From positions 1 through 26,847 of IMG/VR virus record IMGVR_UViG_3300025789_001193: a stretch of DNA of 26,847 bases. The stretch is one strand, 5' to 3'. Under the pieces are notes generated by a model, which saw only the letters and a program-made list of their open reading frames with translations, was not told where the DNA came from and did no database searches. Source of the stretch: a virus. Lineage: Duplodnaviria; Caudoviricetes. Positions 6,547 through 16,920 of this stretch are shown one piece after another. The position numbers and the translations under genes are program-made. Numbering within the stretch: position 1 is the stretch's first letter; the number at the start of each line of letters is the position of its first letter.

Positions 6547-6859
6547 TTAGACGAGCCCGTAGTTCAGTGAAGCCACCTACTAACTCGCCGTCTAAGAAAA
6601 TTTGTGGGACTGTGCGAGCTGTTGGTACAGCTTCTAATAATTCTTCCTTGGTATACCCGTCACCAATTTTCTTTTCTTCAAACGGAATACCCTTGGCCTT
6701 TAACAATGCTTTGGCCTGTTCGCAAAATGTACAGTTGTACTTACTCCAAACGATTGCTTTACTCATATTCTTTTCCTTCTTTCCAAAAATCGCATCATAG
6801 TTGTTGCCAAATTCTTCTTGGCTGACACTGTACGGTCTAGGTCTACTGCCTTTTGACAT
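6539..6859 (-). CDS. Glutaredoxin with an in-frame 31-aa N-terminal extension (internal start at 6766)
   Basis: CTFC active site, TVPQIF and VGGF motifs; two genes downstream of nrdB. Confidence 0.9.
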   Translation of the reverse strand: MSKGSRPRPYSVSQEEFGNNYDAIFGKKEKNMSKAIVWSKYNCTFCEQAKALLKAKGIPFEEKKIGDGYTKEELLEAVPTARTVPQIFLDGELVGGFTELRARLNG

Positions 6860-6871
6860 CTTGTGTTTCCT

Positions 6872-7558
6872 TTAAACTTTTGACACAACAGCGATAAAGT
6901 ACCCATTGTGCCAATCACCATTTTGACCAAATTCGGCACCATCGGTATCGTTATCTGTAGTTCTAATTTCCAAACTGGTTAAAACCTTAAGTCCAAGTTT
7001 TGAGATGGCAGATATCGTGCCTTCTCTTGGTTGTCGCCAATTCCAGTCATCGACAACCAAAACAAACTGATCATCAAGCGCAGGTAATGCCATGGCAATG
7101 CCGTCATACTGATCATCGTGGTCATGCGGGCCGTCGAACAAGTATACATTAAACTTTCCAATGTTGTCAAAATCTACCTGTCTAAAATCACTTTCAATGA
7201 AATTAAAATTTATAGCAGGTGTCAAAATCGCATTTACATTACTGTGAAATACGTCCTTGGGTCCTTCAAATTGACTCCAGTTATCAATACACACAGCACA
7301 AAGTGTGTTGCCAAACATTGCGCTACAGGCGGTGGATCCTGCCCATGAGCCAACTTCTAAATATCTAGCATCACTGATTGAAGCAATCAAATTATTAATC
7401 AACATACGATATTTTTTACCACTCATACCAATAAGTGTTAAAATACCCTCAGGTAATTTATGATCATTAGCCAAGGCTTTATCCAAGGCTGATTTTATTT
7501 TAACTGCTAGTTCAGAAGTCTCGTCGCCACTGAAATTTATACTTGTTACATTTGCCAT
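6872..7558 (-). CDS. Class I SAM-dependent methyltransferase (Methyltransf_24-like)
   Basis: YLEVGSWAGS, IDNW, YLFDGPH and VVDDWN motifs. Start at ATG 7558 follows AAGGA. Confidence 0.8.
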   Translation of the reverse strand: MANVTSINFSGDETSELAVKIKSALDKALANDHKLPEGILTLIGMSGKKYRMLINNLIASISDARYLEVGSWAGSTACSAMFGNTLCAVCIDNWSQFEGPKDVFHSNVNAILTPAINFNFIESDFRQVDFDNIGKFNVYLFDGPHDHDDQYDGIAMALPALDDQFVLVVDDWNWRQPREGTISAISKLGLKVLTSLEIRTTDNDTDGAEFGQNGDWHNGYFIAVVSKV

Positions 7559-7565
7559 TTTTTCC

Positions 7566-8660
7566 TTATAGGTCCGGTAATTCATCGTAACTGACTGAGT
7601 CACTCATCACGCCAATCACATAGTTTGTTGATTCTGTTTCTTGTAGAGCACTTTGTTTTTTGCCAATATTAACATGTTTGTTAAACCAAGGGATAGGACT
7701 AGATTTAGGATGTTCACCAGCATACTTAATGCCAATATCCTTTAAACGAGTAAATGCTGTATAGTCAACAAAATCTTTTAAGATAGTGGCATTTAGTCCA
7801 ATTACTGGGCCCAATTTAAACAAATAATCTGCCCAATCTTTTTCTTCACGTACTACATCCATGTACATTTGATACACTTCAGTTTCACATTCTTCTTTGG
7901 CTCGAATAAAACGGTCATCGTCTTTGATTACATTATTGATGATCCAAGCAGTCCACTCGGCATGTAGAATTTCATCTTGAAGAATCAAACTAATAATATT
8001 TCCATTACCAATGTAGATTTTATTTTCCACCATGGCCAAACTTGTGGCAAATGATACCATAAAACGGAAAGCTTCTAAAGCATAGCTGGCGTTCAAGGCC
8101 AACCAGATAGCTTTGACATGTTCATATTCATCTACTGCAGTGCCTGATTCTATGGCACAGTTTAGCTTATGTAGTTTTTCATAGTAGTGGCCAATGTTAG
8201 CAGCCATTTCCACAATTTCTTTGGTATCATGAATCTTGTTAAATTCTTCCTTAGGTACACCATAGACATTACGAATAATGTGACTGTATGATTTACTATG
8301 AATATTTGTTTCAAAGAAACTCCAATTACTAACCAATGCCTCTAACTCAGGTATACTGACCACTGGAGTGAATACTTGACTTGGCGCACGGCCTTGAATA
8401 CTGTCTAGTGCTGTTTGTCTTAGTAGGTTACTGGTAAAGATATGTTTGACTGCGTCACTGGCATCCTTGTGATCCATTTTGTCTTTGGTAAGACTGATCT
8501 CTTCAGGAACCCAAAAGAAACCACGTGCCAGTTCTTCAAATTTGGCTATCCGTGGATGACGGTATTCTTCAAATCGTTGTACTGTGACAGCACCATCTAA
8601 AAACATTCTACGTTTTAGGTAATTAGGTGCTACAGTTAAATCATATTGTTGTTTACTCAT
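7566..8660 (-). CDS. nrdB: Ribonucleotide reductase class Ia beta subunit
   Basis: FFWVPEEI, LDSIQGR, ETNIHSKSY, LEAFRFMVSF, DEILH and QETE...Y motifs. ATG 8660 overlaps the nrdA stop. Confidence 0.97.
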   Translation of the reverse strand: MSKQQYDLTVAPNYLKRRMFLDGAVTVQRFEEYRHPRIAKFEELARGFFWVPEEISLTKDKMDHKDASDAVKHIFTSNLLRQTALDSIQGRAPSQVFTPVVSIPELEALVSNWSFFETNIHSKSYSHIIRNVYGVPKEEFNKIHDTKEIVEMAANIGHYYEKLHKLNCAIESGTAVDEYEHVKAIWLALNASYALEAFRFMVSFATSLAMVENKIYIGNGNIISLILQDEILHAEWTAWIINNVIKDDDRFIRAKEECETEVYQMYMDVVREEKDWADYLFKLGPVIGLNATILKDFVDYTAFTRLKDIGIKYAGEHPKSSPIPWFNKHVNIGKKQSALQETESTNYVIGVMSDSVSYDELPDL

Positions 8661-10981
8661 AGTACGCAGGCCTCGCAATTTTCTTCATCATCATATACTG
8701 TAACAGGTTCGACTGATATTAATCTATCTGTTTGAGTATTTAAAACATTTTTAGATCCAACTTTATTAATTAGACTATAATAAATTGTCTTTATACCCCA
8801 CTTGTAGGCCAGCATTAGATTTTTAGCAATCAATGTACCAGGCACTTTTCCATCTTTAAATTTAGCAGGATTGTAAAAGGTGTTTGTACTCAATGACTGA
8901 TCAATATATGCGGCCAACACGGCAGCGGTTTTCAAATAATCAACACAATCAGTCTGATCCCACATCAATTGATAGCGGTTCTTTAATCTACGATATTCAG
9001 GAACTACTTGCACAAAACTGCCTGCTTTCGATTCCTTAACACTGATCAATTCCATGGGCATTTCAATACCATTTGTGCTATTGAGTACAACCGAGCTAGA
9101 TTCAACAGGAGCCACTGCCATCAATGTGGCATTACGAATACCATACTGTAGCATGTTAATACGTAGAGTCTCCCAATCTAATGTGGGGGTGAAGTCTGTA
9201 AGTTCGTTAACGCCGGTTGATCGACGTTCCCAAGGAAAAATACCTCGACCATAAAAAGTATTTTGGCTACGTTCACAAGCGCCACGTTCTTTAGCCAATT
9301 CAACACTCATTTCAGTTAGATAAAACGCTTGATGTTCCATCCATCGTTTAACTTCTGCTAGTGCTTCCTGTGTGCCATATTTAAAGTTACGTTTGGCATG
9401 CCAGTAGGCTAGGTTGGTAATACCAACACCCAGAGGTTCAAACTCTTGATTGGCCATTTTACTTTGTACACTCAAAAAGTCTTGATATCCCAGTAAGTTA
9501 CTTAGGCTACGAACAAGTATACGACAGGCTTTACGCATTTGTTGTGGATTGGTAAACGATCCCCAATTTATACTTCCAAGTGTACATAGGGCAATACGTC
9601 CATCAGGGTCTTCGATCCTTTGGAAAGGTCGTGTGGGCAATAATATTTCTTGGCATAGATTTGATTGATATATCGGGTCAAGCTTCGTATCAAAAGGGCC
9701 CTGGTTGATAACGTTGTCAATGTTGACAAGGTAGATACGGCCAGTGTCAGTACGTTCTTTAAGTATACCGTTTTTGAATATCTCATCTGCCGATACCGTT
9801 TTCTTTTTAATTGTCGGATGCTTTTCATAATTCAAATATAGTTGTTCAAACTCTACGGTATCTCGATAAAATGCTTGATATAAGTCTGGAACTTCGGCAG
9901 GATCAAATAATGTAATTGTCTGATTGTTTTTATAACGATTCCAGAACATTTTATTAACTACAACAGAGTAATCCATTTGACGTACACGAGTTTCTTCTGT
10001 TCCTTGATTGTTCTTTAATACAATAAGATCTTCAAATTGATAATGCCAAATTGGGTACGTAACAGTACACGAAGCATTACGAATACCGCCTTGACTGCAA
10101 CTACGTAAATCTGCAAACCATTTTTTAAGAAAGGGTATCATACCCGTATGTTTAATTTCTCCATTGCGAATTGGGGCACCTAATGGACGAATTCTGCCTA
10201 TTTCTAAGCCGATTCCGGCACGTTTTGACGCATATTTTGCCATCATTTCCCCTGATGCAAATATACTGTCTAAAGTGTCATCGCTAGTAATGAGAACACA
10301 TGAACTAAATTGTTTAGTAGTCGTCCCAAGACCGGCCAAAACAGGAGTAGCAAGAGTAAAATGACCATCGCTCGCACATTCATAATATTCCTTTACTAAT
10401 TTAAGTCTTGTTTCCTTGGGTTCGTTATGGAAAGCAGTGGCAGCGGCTATGGCATAACGTACCTGTGGGGTTTCGTAGATTTTACCAGTAGCACGATTTT
10501 GTACCAAATATTTCTCTGATAGCTGAGCAATAGCGGCGTAGGTATATTCTTCGTCTTTGCTGTGATCAATGAATAGATCAATAATATTCCACTCATCTTC
10601 AGTGTACCACTCCAGTAGTTCTGGGGTATACATACCCGTGTCAACATTTTTCTTTACGATCTCATATAGTTTAGGTGGAGTATAACTTCCATAAACTTCT
10701 TTACGTAACATGCTGACACGCTGACGCCCAGCAACATACTGATAATTTACATTGTTAATTTCTGGGTTTTCTGTTTCATCTATTAAATCTACCATGGCTT
10801 TGAGCAATAGTTCATCTATTGTCTCTGTGGTCATGCCATCATGTAATTCTATTTGTGCTTTAATCTCTACCATGCTTGGACTGACCCCGTCAATTCCATT
10901 ACAAGCATGTGCTACCTGTCTTTGTATTTTGCTAATATCTAAAGGGACTTTTACCCCGTTTCGTTTGACCACTGTGATCAT
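8657..10981 (-). CDS. nrdA: Ribonucleotide reductase class Ia alpha subunit with ATP cone
   Basis: VVKRNG ATP cone, QFSSC, SNLCQEI, KTIYY and C-terminal CEAC. No intein or intron visible. Confidence 0.97.
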   Translation of the reverse strand: MITVVKRNGVKVPLDISKIQRQVAHACNGIDGVSPSMVEIKAQIELHDGMTTETIDELLLKAMVDLIDETENPEINNVNYQYVAGRQRVSMLRKEVYGSYTPPKLYEIVKKNVDTGMYTPELLEWYTEDEWNIIDLFIDHSKDEEYTYAAIAQLSEKYLVQNRATGKIYETPQVRYAIAAATAFHNEPKETRLKLVKEYYECASDGHFTLATPVLAGLGTTTKQFSSCVLITSDDTLDSIFASGEMMAKYASKRAGIGLEIGRIRPLGAPIRNGEIKHTGMIPFLKKWFADLRSCSQGGIRNASCTVTYPIWHYQFEDLIVLKNNQGTEETRVRQMDYSVVVNKMFWNRYKNNQTITLFDPAEVPDLYQAFYRDTVEFEQLYLNYEKHPTIKKKTVSADEIFKNGILKERTDTGRIYLVNIDNVINQGPFDTKLDPIYQSNLCQEILLPTRPFQRIEDPDGRIALCTLGSINWGSFTNPQQMRKACRILVRSLSNLLGYQDFLSVQSKMANQEFEPLGVGITNLAYWHAKRNFKYGTQEALAEVKRWMEHQAFYLTEMSVELAKERGACERSQNTFYGRGIFPWERRSTGVNELTDFTPTLDWETLRINMLQYGIRNATLMAVAPVESSSVVLNSTNGIEMPMELISVKESKAGSFVQVVPEYRRLKNRYQLMWDQTDCVDYLKTAAVLAAYIDQSLSTNTFYNPAKFKDGKVPGTLIAKNLMLAYKWGIKTIYYSLINKVGSKNVLNTQTDRLISVEPVTVYDDEENCEACVL

Positions 10982-11015
10982 ATATGTAACCTTTTCTAAT
11001 GTATCGAGATGATAT

Positions 11016-11450
11016 TTACCGTGGGATCGTAACTTCGATTATATTTTCTACCAAAAATGAATCGGGTATAGAATCCATGGTAACTGGGATATTATCGTTG
11101 TAGTTTATCGCCCATGTTTCGTCAATACAAACTATATTGTACGATCTATTTTGAGCAGAGTCTACCAGTGTCTTTACATAAATTACAGATTTGTTAAATT
11201 TATTTGTAAATTTGAGTGAATATGCCATCATCAAGGCACGAGTGAAATCATCATATTTGTTTTCTAAAATTATTTCCCATGGTGTGGGCCAAGATTTTGG
11301 ATTATAAGGATCCACTCTATGATTATAAGGCACGTAAGGCGCAGAGCGCCAAAATTCGGCAACAAGATTTAAAGGATCTTGATTAGTTTCTATCTGGGCA
11401 CGTAGGCCAGACCAGATTGACACACGGTCATCGTAGGGTTTGTCAAACAT
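11016..11450 (-). CDS. Hypothetical phage protein
   Basis: 144-aa ORF starting 2 nt after the upstream stop; WPTPWEII motif. Confidence 0.7.
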   Translation of the reverse strand: MFDKPYDDRVSIWSGLRAQIETNQDPLNLVAEFWRSAPYVPYNHRVDPYNPKSWPTPWEIILENKYDDFTRALMMAYSLKFTNKFNKSVIYVKTLVDSAQNRSYNIVCIDETWAINYNDNIPVTMDSIPDSFLVENIIEVTIPR

Positions 11451-11452
11451 TG

Positions 11453-13663
11453 TTAAAAGAACAAGCTAGTTTGATATTCAATAGACACATTGTTTAGACA
11501 CTGTGTGGTGTCGCATACCAAGGTCACTGCGTTTGATGCTGTAACAATACTGGTAGTGAACAAAGGACTATCTGCCTCTAACAATGTCCAAGTTTCGCCA
11601 GGAGTTCTATAATCAAATTGTGGCATATTACTTTGTGTGATAATAACAAATGTACTACCAACTAGTGATATACCAACAATAAGAGCAGTCATGTTGGCAT
11701 ATTTGGTACTGCCGGTGATATAGTAATTACTTGTACCACCGTTAATGCCCACCAAGTTATTCAAAGCAGTATAGGAACTGGCCACAACCAATTTATCTAA
11801 ACCACAACCAGCACTAATGGCCATATTGTTTGTGGTACTATCATAAGATTCCTGTTGCTCTGTATAGGTATAGGTATCAGATATACTGGCACCACCGTTG
11901 GCTGTTAGGTTAACTGTCACTGTGCCTTTTCTATCTAACACACTGCTGGACATAGAATATTTGACTTCAATATATTGACTTTGATTGTTGAAAGGGAAAC
12001 TAACAATATTGGTCAATGTACCCGCTGTGGCACCAACAGTGATAGCACTGTTGTCTACAATAGATGTAGATCCAACAGCCAATGGATTATAATAAAAAGT
12101 AGGATTGTAAATGGCAAACGGAGTTCCAGCTAGCGCCACGTCAGCCATCATTCTTCTATTAAAATAATCATTGTCAGTTCTGTTACCAATACTTTGGAAA
12201 TTAATAACAGCATAGGTAGTAGTTGTTATATCATTGTCAGTTAGATGTAGATCATTAGCACAATTATTAAAATAGTTGTAGCTACTGATATGACTGCTAG
12301 GATAGTTGTTAGGGTTTACACCCACATGGACAGCTTCTTGAACAATACTTTCAAATCTATTTCTTGTAATGATTCCGTTAGTAGGTCCAATATTAATATT
12401 AGCATCTGAAACGCTGTCGTCATAATAAAAATTTACACCTCTTTTAGAATTGCTGATCACATTGTTTTCAATCAGTATGCGACTTGTGGATCCTGTGCTT
12501 TCCACACAGGTATTCAAATTACTAAATTCACAATCTTTGATTTGAATGTTGGCGCAGAGTTTGGCCGCATCGGAAGTATATCCGCCATACTGTCCACGAG
12601 CTTCTACTCCCTTGCCCCATCCGTTATATTGTAGTAGACTAAATCCTTCGCCACCAACTGAGAAATCCATACTGCCAAATGTACTGGTTGTGGCAAATGT
12701 GTACAATGTACTGGCCACTGAAGTTAAAGTTGTCAGTTGAGCAAAACGGTTGGCATAGACATTATTACCTGTGACATAGTAAACGCCAGTGGTAAGATCA
12801 AGGCCAATAAAATCCGGATACGCCGCGGTGTCTACCACAAAGGTATTAGGACCAGCACCACTACTGGCATTGGCATCAATTACAAATGTTTCATAAGTCT
12901 GTGCGCTGGCAGTAAGAGCACCAAATCCCACGTCAATAATTTCAGCATTGTACACATTATCTAAACTTACCAAACTATTAGTAGAAGTAGTGCCAGTGTT
13001 AAATTTTAATGTCATGCCTTCAATGTGAATATTTTTAGGCTGTGTTACCTTGCTATTAGGCATAGTGCCATATAAGTTACCTTGACTATCTATAGTTTGA
13101 AACAAGTTAGTACTGGTATTGGTCAAAATCAGTGTGGTCAATCCTTTACCTTCACCAACTAAATTTGTATTAGGTGGAAGATATACAACATCAGAAACAT
13201 AGTAGTTACCAGCAGGTATACGTAATTGACGGTTAGCATCGGGAATATATTGATTATTAAACAGATCTTGAATAGCAGTATTAAGATATGAATAAATGTC
13301 TGTAGCAGTGGTACTAGGCTTTAATCCCCAATCGGTAAGATTGGCCATGTCATCTAATTTGGTAGCTATACTAGTCACTGTGGAATTAATATAGCCCTGT
13401 GGTAGATTATCTCTATATTTGTAGGTGCTAGTACTGGCAACGGCACTGCCCGGAGCAATCAAACCAAAGATGTTTACTAGATCATTTTCTGTTAAGATAC
13501 GAGTATTGCTGTCATCAACTGCTCCGTCAACAATACGTTTACCTATGTATAAATGCTCTGTATCCTCTGCCCAACCAAATTCACCTGAATCTAGTTGTGG
13601 CATCCCTGTTTGATTTTCCTGTCCTCGACGTATTTGCACTTTAGCAATTTCAATTACTGGCAT
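11453..13663 (-). CDS. Putative tail fibre/spike with a pectin-lyase-like beta-helix
   Basis: N-terminal QIRRG...L.SGEFGWA.DT..LYIG anchor; AIQ...LRIPAGNYYVS...LVGEG...T beta-helix entry; T/S/N-rich composition. Confidence 0.7.
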   Translation of the reverse strand: MPVIEIAKVQIRRGQENQTGMPQLDSGEFGWAEDTEHLYIGKRIVDGAVDDSNTRILTENDLVNIFGLIAPGSAVASTSTYKYRDNLPQGYINSTVTSIATKLDDMANLTDWGLKPSTTATDIYSYLNTAIQDLFNNQYIPDANRQLRIPAGNYYVSDVVYLPPNTNLVGEGKGLTTLILTNTSTNLFQTIDSQGNLYGTMPNSKVTQPKNIHIEGMTLKFNTGTTSTNSLVSLDNVYNAEIIDVGFGALTASAQTYETFVIDANASSGAGPNTFVVDTAAYPDFIGLDLTTGVYYVTGNNVYANRFAQLTTLTSVASTLYTFATTSTFGSMDFSVGGEGFSLLQYNGWGKGVEARGQYGGYTSDAAKLCANIQIKDCEFSNLNTCVESTGSTSRILIENNVISNSKRGVNFYYDDSVSDANINIGPTNGIITRNRFESIVQEAVHVGVNPNNYPSSHISSYNYFNNCANDLHLTDNDITTTTYAVINFQSIGNRTDNDYFNRRMMADVALAGTPFAIYNPTFYYNPLAVGSTSIVDNSAITVGATAGTLTNIVSFPFNNQSQYIEVKYSMSSSVLDRKGTVTVNLTANGGASISDTYTYTEQQESYDSTTNNMAISAGCGLDKLVVASSYTALNNLVGINGGTSNYYITGSTKYANMTALIVGISLVGSTFVIITQSNMPQFDYRTPGETWTLLEADSPLFTTSIVTASNAVTLVCDTTQCLNNVSIEYQTSLFF

Positions 13664-13736
13664 AGTATAATTCCCCTGATATATTATTTATCGATCCGGA
13701 CCACAACTAAATAGAATGCCGATTTGAACAGCCAAC

Positions 13737-14312
13737 ATGTACTTTTACCCAGTAAAAATAAACAATTTAAACGCTTTAAGCGAATGGCTGAAAACTCAGG
13801 TGTTACCGCCCAATACCACAGACGGCTTTGTGGGACGAATTCCAAGAGAAGCACAGCATGTTATATTGGAACATTTGGGTGCTGACATGAACACCGTGGT
13901 CAACTACAATGTCCTACAGGGCTATTTCCCTAGTTTGGATCCAATAACGATACATTCGGACCATAGCCTACTGGCAGGCAGTGTTTATAGAAGTTTGATT
14001 ATTCCCATAAAGAACTGTGAACAGTTAACATGGACTTGGTACAGGTGCGTGGACGAAAGTAAAATTTATCAAATGGGTGCCGAGGGTAGATTCAATGTTG
14101 TACCCATGATTCCATTTGATGCCGCAGAAGCAGTAGGATCAAAACTATGCGATGAACCGTTTGTATCAGATATATGTACTTGGCACAGTCTTTGTAATGC
14201 GGGTTCTGAACCAGCACAATTAATCAGTATACGCATATTGCCATGGGCTCAACAGGATTGGCGTCAAACACCTAGTCTACCACCACTAGGCCTTGATATA
14301 GTTTCACTTTAA
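13737..14312 (+). CDS. Putative cupin / 2OG-Fe(II)-like protein
   Basis: IHSD...SLIIPI...WHSL.N pattern. Isolated plus-strand gene with TAAATA at 13708-13713. Confidence 0.55.
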   Translation: MYFYPVKINNLNALSEWLKTQVLPPNTTDGFVGRIPREAQHVILEHLGADMNTVVNYNVLQGYFPSLDPITIHSDHSLLAGSVYRSLIIPIKNCEQLTWTWYRCVDESKIYQMGAEGRFNVVPMIPFDAAEAVGSKLCDEPFVSDICTWHSLCNAGSEPAQLISIRILPWAQQDWRQTPSLPPLGLDIVSL

Positions 14313-15031
14313 CTCAATAGTTGTCGGTAGCCTTTTAGGCCAGTGGTGTGATATTCTTCTACCTTGTTTAACCAAGCATCTTGCCATTTGTTAAAATCTT
14401 GCGGTAATAGATCAAATTGTTGATATTGTAAATCTCTACTACACATAAACACCACACCTCTACGAATGTCAGTGCCGTATACTTCGTTATGTGCTAGTAT
14501 GTAGGCAACCAATTGCATAAAATAATCGTCAACCCATTCTAACTTTTTAGGCTTGTTAGTCTGCTTATGATCGCACACCGCAGGTTCACCTTCAAATACA
14601 CCGATCAAGTCAGTGGTACCACTATACAGTCCTGGAAAATACAGTGATTGTTCCATGGCCCATACTTCATCCATTTTACTCAATCCATTTTCAATAATAA
14701 CATCAGCCATTTTATTGGCCTGTACATGAACTGGATTATTGCCAGGCTGACGTTGTTCACCAATTAAGAAGCGTTCCAAATTGGCGTGCATGGCTGTGCC
14801 AACTCCACTGGCTTCTTTGGTAATCTGTGCGGCATTGGCCTCGCCCACACGCTTGCGCCATTCATTGAGAGCAGTCATATCCTTAGTAGCGCCAAGGATA
14901 GTGGTCACACTGGGCAGTGTTTCTCCGTCGGGAGTTTGATAAACACGTTTCTTTGTAACGGGGTCGTTGACCTGTTTACAGTTTTTATATTGGAATCGTT
15001 CAATGAACGGTGGAGGATTGTAGATAGTCAT
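14309..15031 (-). CDS. PD-(D/E)XK exonuclease
   Basis: LPSVTTIL, GTAMH, EQSL, GTTDL, DHKQ and QLVAY motifs. Confidence 0.88.
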   Translation of the reverse strand: MTIYNPPPFIERFQYKNCKQVNDPVTKKRVYQTPDGETLPSVTTILGATKDMTALNEWRKRVGEANAAQITKEASGVGTAMHANLERFLIGEQRQPGNNPVHVQANKMADVIIENGLSKMDEVWAMEQSLYFPGLYSGTTDLIGVFEGEPAVCDHKQTNKPKKLEWVDDYFMQLVAYILAHNEVYGTDIRRGVVFMCSRDLQYQQFDLLPQDFNKWQDAWLNKVEEYHTTGLKGYRQLLS

Positions 15032-15038
15032 AATGTTA

Positions 15039-15067
15039 ATTATACTACCTTAACTTTATAAAAGCAA
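15039..15067 (-). promoter_or_regulatory. Sigma70-type promoter for the exonuclease
   Basis: TTGCTT (15067-15062), 17-nt spacer, TATAAT (15044-15039). Confidence 0.6.
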
Positions 15068-15421
15068 TTATTTGGTAACTTCTTTTGCGGCGTGTGATGC
15101 CATGGAATCCAAACTAGGACCGCCCTTGCCTGCCTTGGGAGTAGCAACATCGCCTTGATCGGCGTTGGGATCTTTTACTCGAGTGTTCAAAACAACTGTG
15201 CCATCATCTGTTATATCCTGTATAACATCACCCTGCGGATCAACTGAGTTCTTTAATGCTATTAGAGCATCAGGTGTGCTGATGCCCAAATTGAATGGCT
15301 TAAGGATATTTTGGACCACTGGCCAAGGTAGCTCACTAGGTTGACCTTGCTTGTTGGCAAGGCCCTGCATTACTGCCATAACATCGCGAGCGGATCCTAA
15401 GTCTACTTCAAATAATCTCAT
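15068..15421 (-). CDS. Hypothetical protein, probably virion or head associated
   Basis: MRLFE N-terminus; TAATG coupling with the upstream gene. Confidence 0.65.
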   Translation of the reverse strand: MRLFEVDLGSARDVMAVMQGLANKQGQPSELPWPVVQNILKPFNLGISTPDALIALKNSVDPQGDVIQDITDDGTVVLNTRVKDPNADQGDVATPKAGKGGPSLDSMASHAAKEVTK

Positions 15422-16887
15422 TATTTGGCCAGTCTAGCAATGATGCTGTGTGCTTCGGCTAGTCTACGTGCTGTACGTTGTTGACGGCTTTCACGCATCT
15501 CACGTCCAGAAGTTACGTCACCACCCGCGGCTGCATCACTTGCGCCAAAGTCATCACCGCCACCCATGTCTGGATTCATAGCATCTGGCTCGCTGCCTGG
15601 AAGAGCTCCGTTATCGCCCACATCCATATTGGGTTCAGCACCCATTGGATTTTCTGGCATACTTTCACCAGCCAGTGTGGCAACAGCATTACTGATAGTT
15701 TCACGTTGCTGTGTTAATACTTCCAATGTTGCACTCAATGCTGGGCTAACTGCTTGTTTGAAAGCTTCAGCTTCTGCCGCACCAAAGTCAGCACGGATAC
15801 TGTCTGCTAGTTCAATGATAGCCTTGGTCTGGTATTGACCAACACGTTGCATCCAACCTGTAAAGTCATTGACCATGTCGCTGGCCGCTGTAATTGTCTT
15901 GGCTTTGCCTTCTTCGTCTTCTTGTAGCAAGAATGCTAGGCTTTCATTTACAAAACGAACATTGTGACGGAACTGACTTTCTTCTAGCTGTCCAGCTTTT
16001 TTCATCTTCTGACGTTGTGCTCCGGCAATTTTTGCGCCCTTCTCACCGCCACCTGCTTTCTTGGCCAAGGCCTTAAAACCTGTGGTCTTGTTGTTGTGCT
16101 TGCCTTCATCGCGTTCCATCATGCTCATACATTCTTTACAGTCACAATCTTTAGGATGCTTCATGCCTTCCTTCATTTTGTGTACACGACCCTTAGTTGG
16201 GTTCTTAGGAGCACTGCCGCCCATGGCCTTGGTTAATTCACTAGAATCAAAGTCGGTTTTTTTGCTGGTTGTATCTGGAGTGTCATCATCGCGATCTGGA
16301 TCACTGCTGGTTGCCTGTGAACCATAGCTCTTGCCTTTGACCACACGACTCTTCATTTGTTCTTTAACTGGATATTCTTTACCACCCACCTTAATCTTTT
16401 CGCCAGGTTGAACACCATCTTTCTTAGCATCACGCACTGCCTTACCAAAAGCATTGCCTTCAAGTTCTTTCTTATCTTTCTTGATAGTTTCTTTTACTTT
16501 GGCATCCTTGGCGGCTTTTTTCATTGGCTCTTTCTTATTGCCATCTTTGTCCAGATCTAGGAAGTCTGGTTTTGATCCTTTCTTAGCTTCGTTAAGTTGA
16601 TCAATCTTATTTTTTAGTTGTTTCATTTGTTCGCCTAGCATTTCTTTTATCCTTGTGTTGAGCAACTCTAACATTGCTTTGTCTTTTTGGTATGTTTCAT
16701 TGGTCAACAAATCATTAACACCTGCTGATCCTTCTTGTTGGAAAATACGTGTACGTAGTTTGTTACGGATGTCTTCCAACTGTTCACGATCATACTTGTT
16801 TAAGTTAACACGACTACCAAATTGCTTTTCAATGTTTTCAAGCAACTTAGCACTGGTGATATTTTTATTAAAGTCTGTGGTTTTCAT
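15421..16887 (-). CDS. Putative prohead core/scaffold-like protein
   Basis: Highly charged; many hydrophobic-x-E motifs (LLE, LNE, VKE, MKE, LEE, VNE, LQE, LAE); DLDKDG motif; TATAAATA upstream. Confidence 0.55.
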   Translation of the reverse strand: MKTTDFNKNITSAKLLENIEKQFGSRVNLNKYDREQLEDIRNKLRTRIFQQEGSAGVNDLLTNETYQKDKAMLELLNTRIKEMLGEQMKQLKNKIDQLNEAKKGSKPDFLDLDKDGNKKEPMKKAAKDAKVKETIKKDKKELEGNAFGKAVRDAKKDGVQPGEKIKVGGKEYPVKEQMKSRVVKGKSYGSQATSSDPDRDDDTPDTTSKKTDFDSSELTKAMGGSAPKNPTKGRVHKMKEGMKHPKDCDCKECMSMMERDEGKHNNKTTGFKALAKKAGGGEKGAKIAGAQRQKMKKAGQLEESQFRHNVRFVNESLAFLLQEDEEGKAKTITAASDMVNDFTGWMQRVGQYQTKAIIELADSIRADFGAAEAEAFKQAVSPALSATLEVLTQQRETISNAVATLAGESMPENPMGAEPNMDVGDNGALPGSEPDAMNPDMGGGDDFGASDAAAGGDVTSGREMRESRQQRTARRLAEAHSIIARLAK

Positions 16888-16912
16888 GATAGGTTCCAAA
16901 ATAGTTTAATGT

Positions 16913-16920
16913 TATTTATA
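16913..16920 (-). promoter_or_regulatory. T4-type late promoter consensus TATAAATA
   Basis: Exact match about 25 nt upstream of the scaffold-like gene. Confidence 0.6.

Noticed and set aside
8657-10981. Intein or intron in nrdA
   Set aside because: Length and motifs are continuous and normal for class Ia.
14309-15031. Cas4 / CRISPR system
   Set aside because: No four-Cys Fe-S pattern, no other cas genes and no repeat-spacer array seen in the window.
15478-16909. Numerous plus-strand ORFs
   Set aside because: Antisense shadows of the scaffold-like gene.
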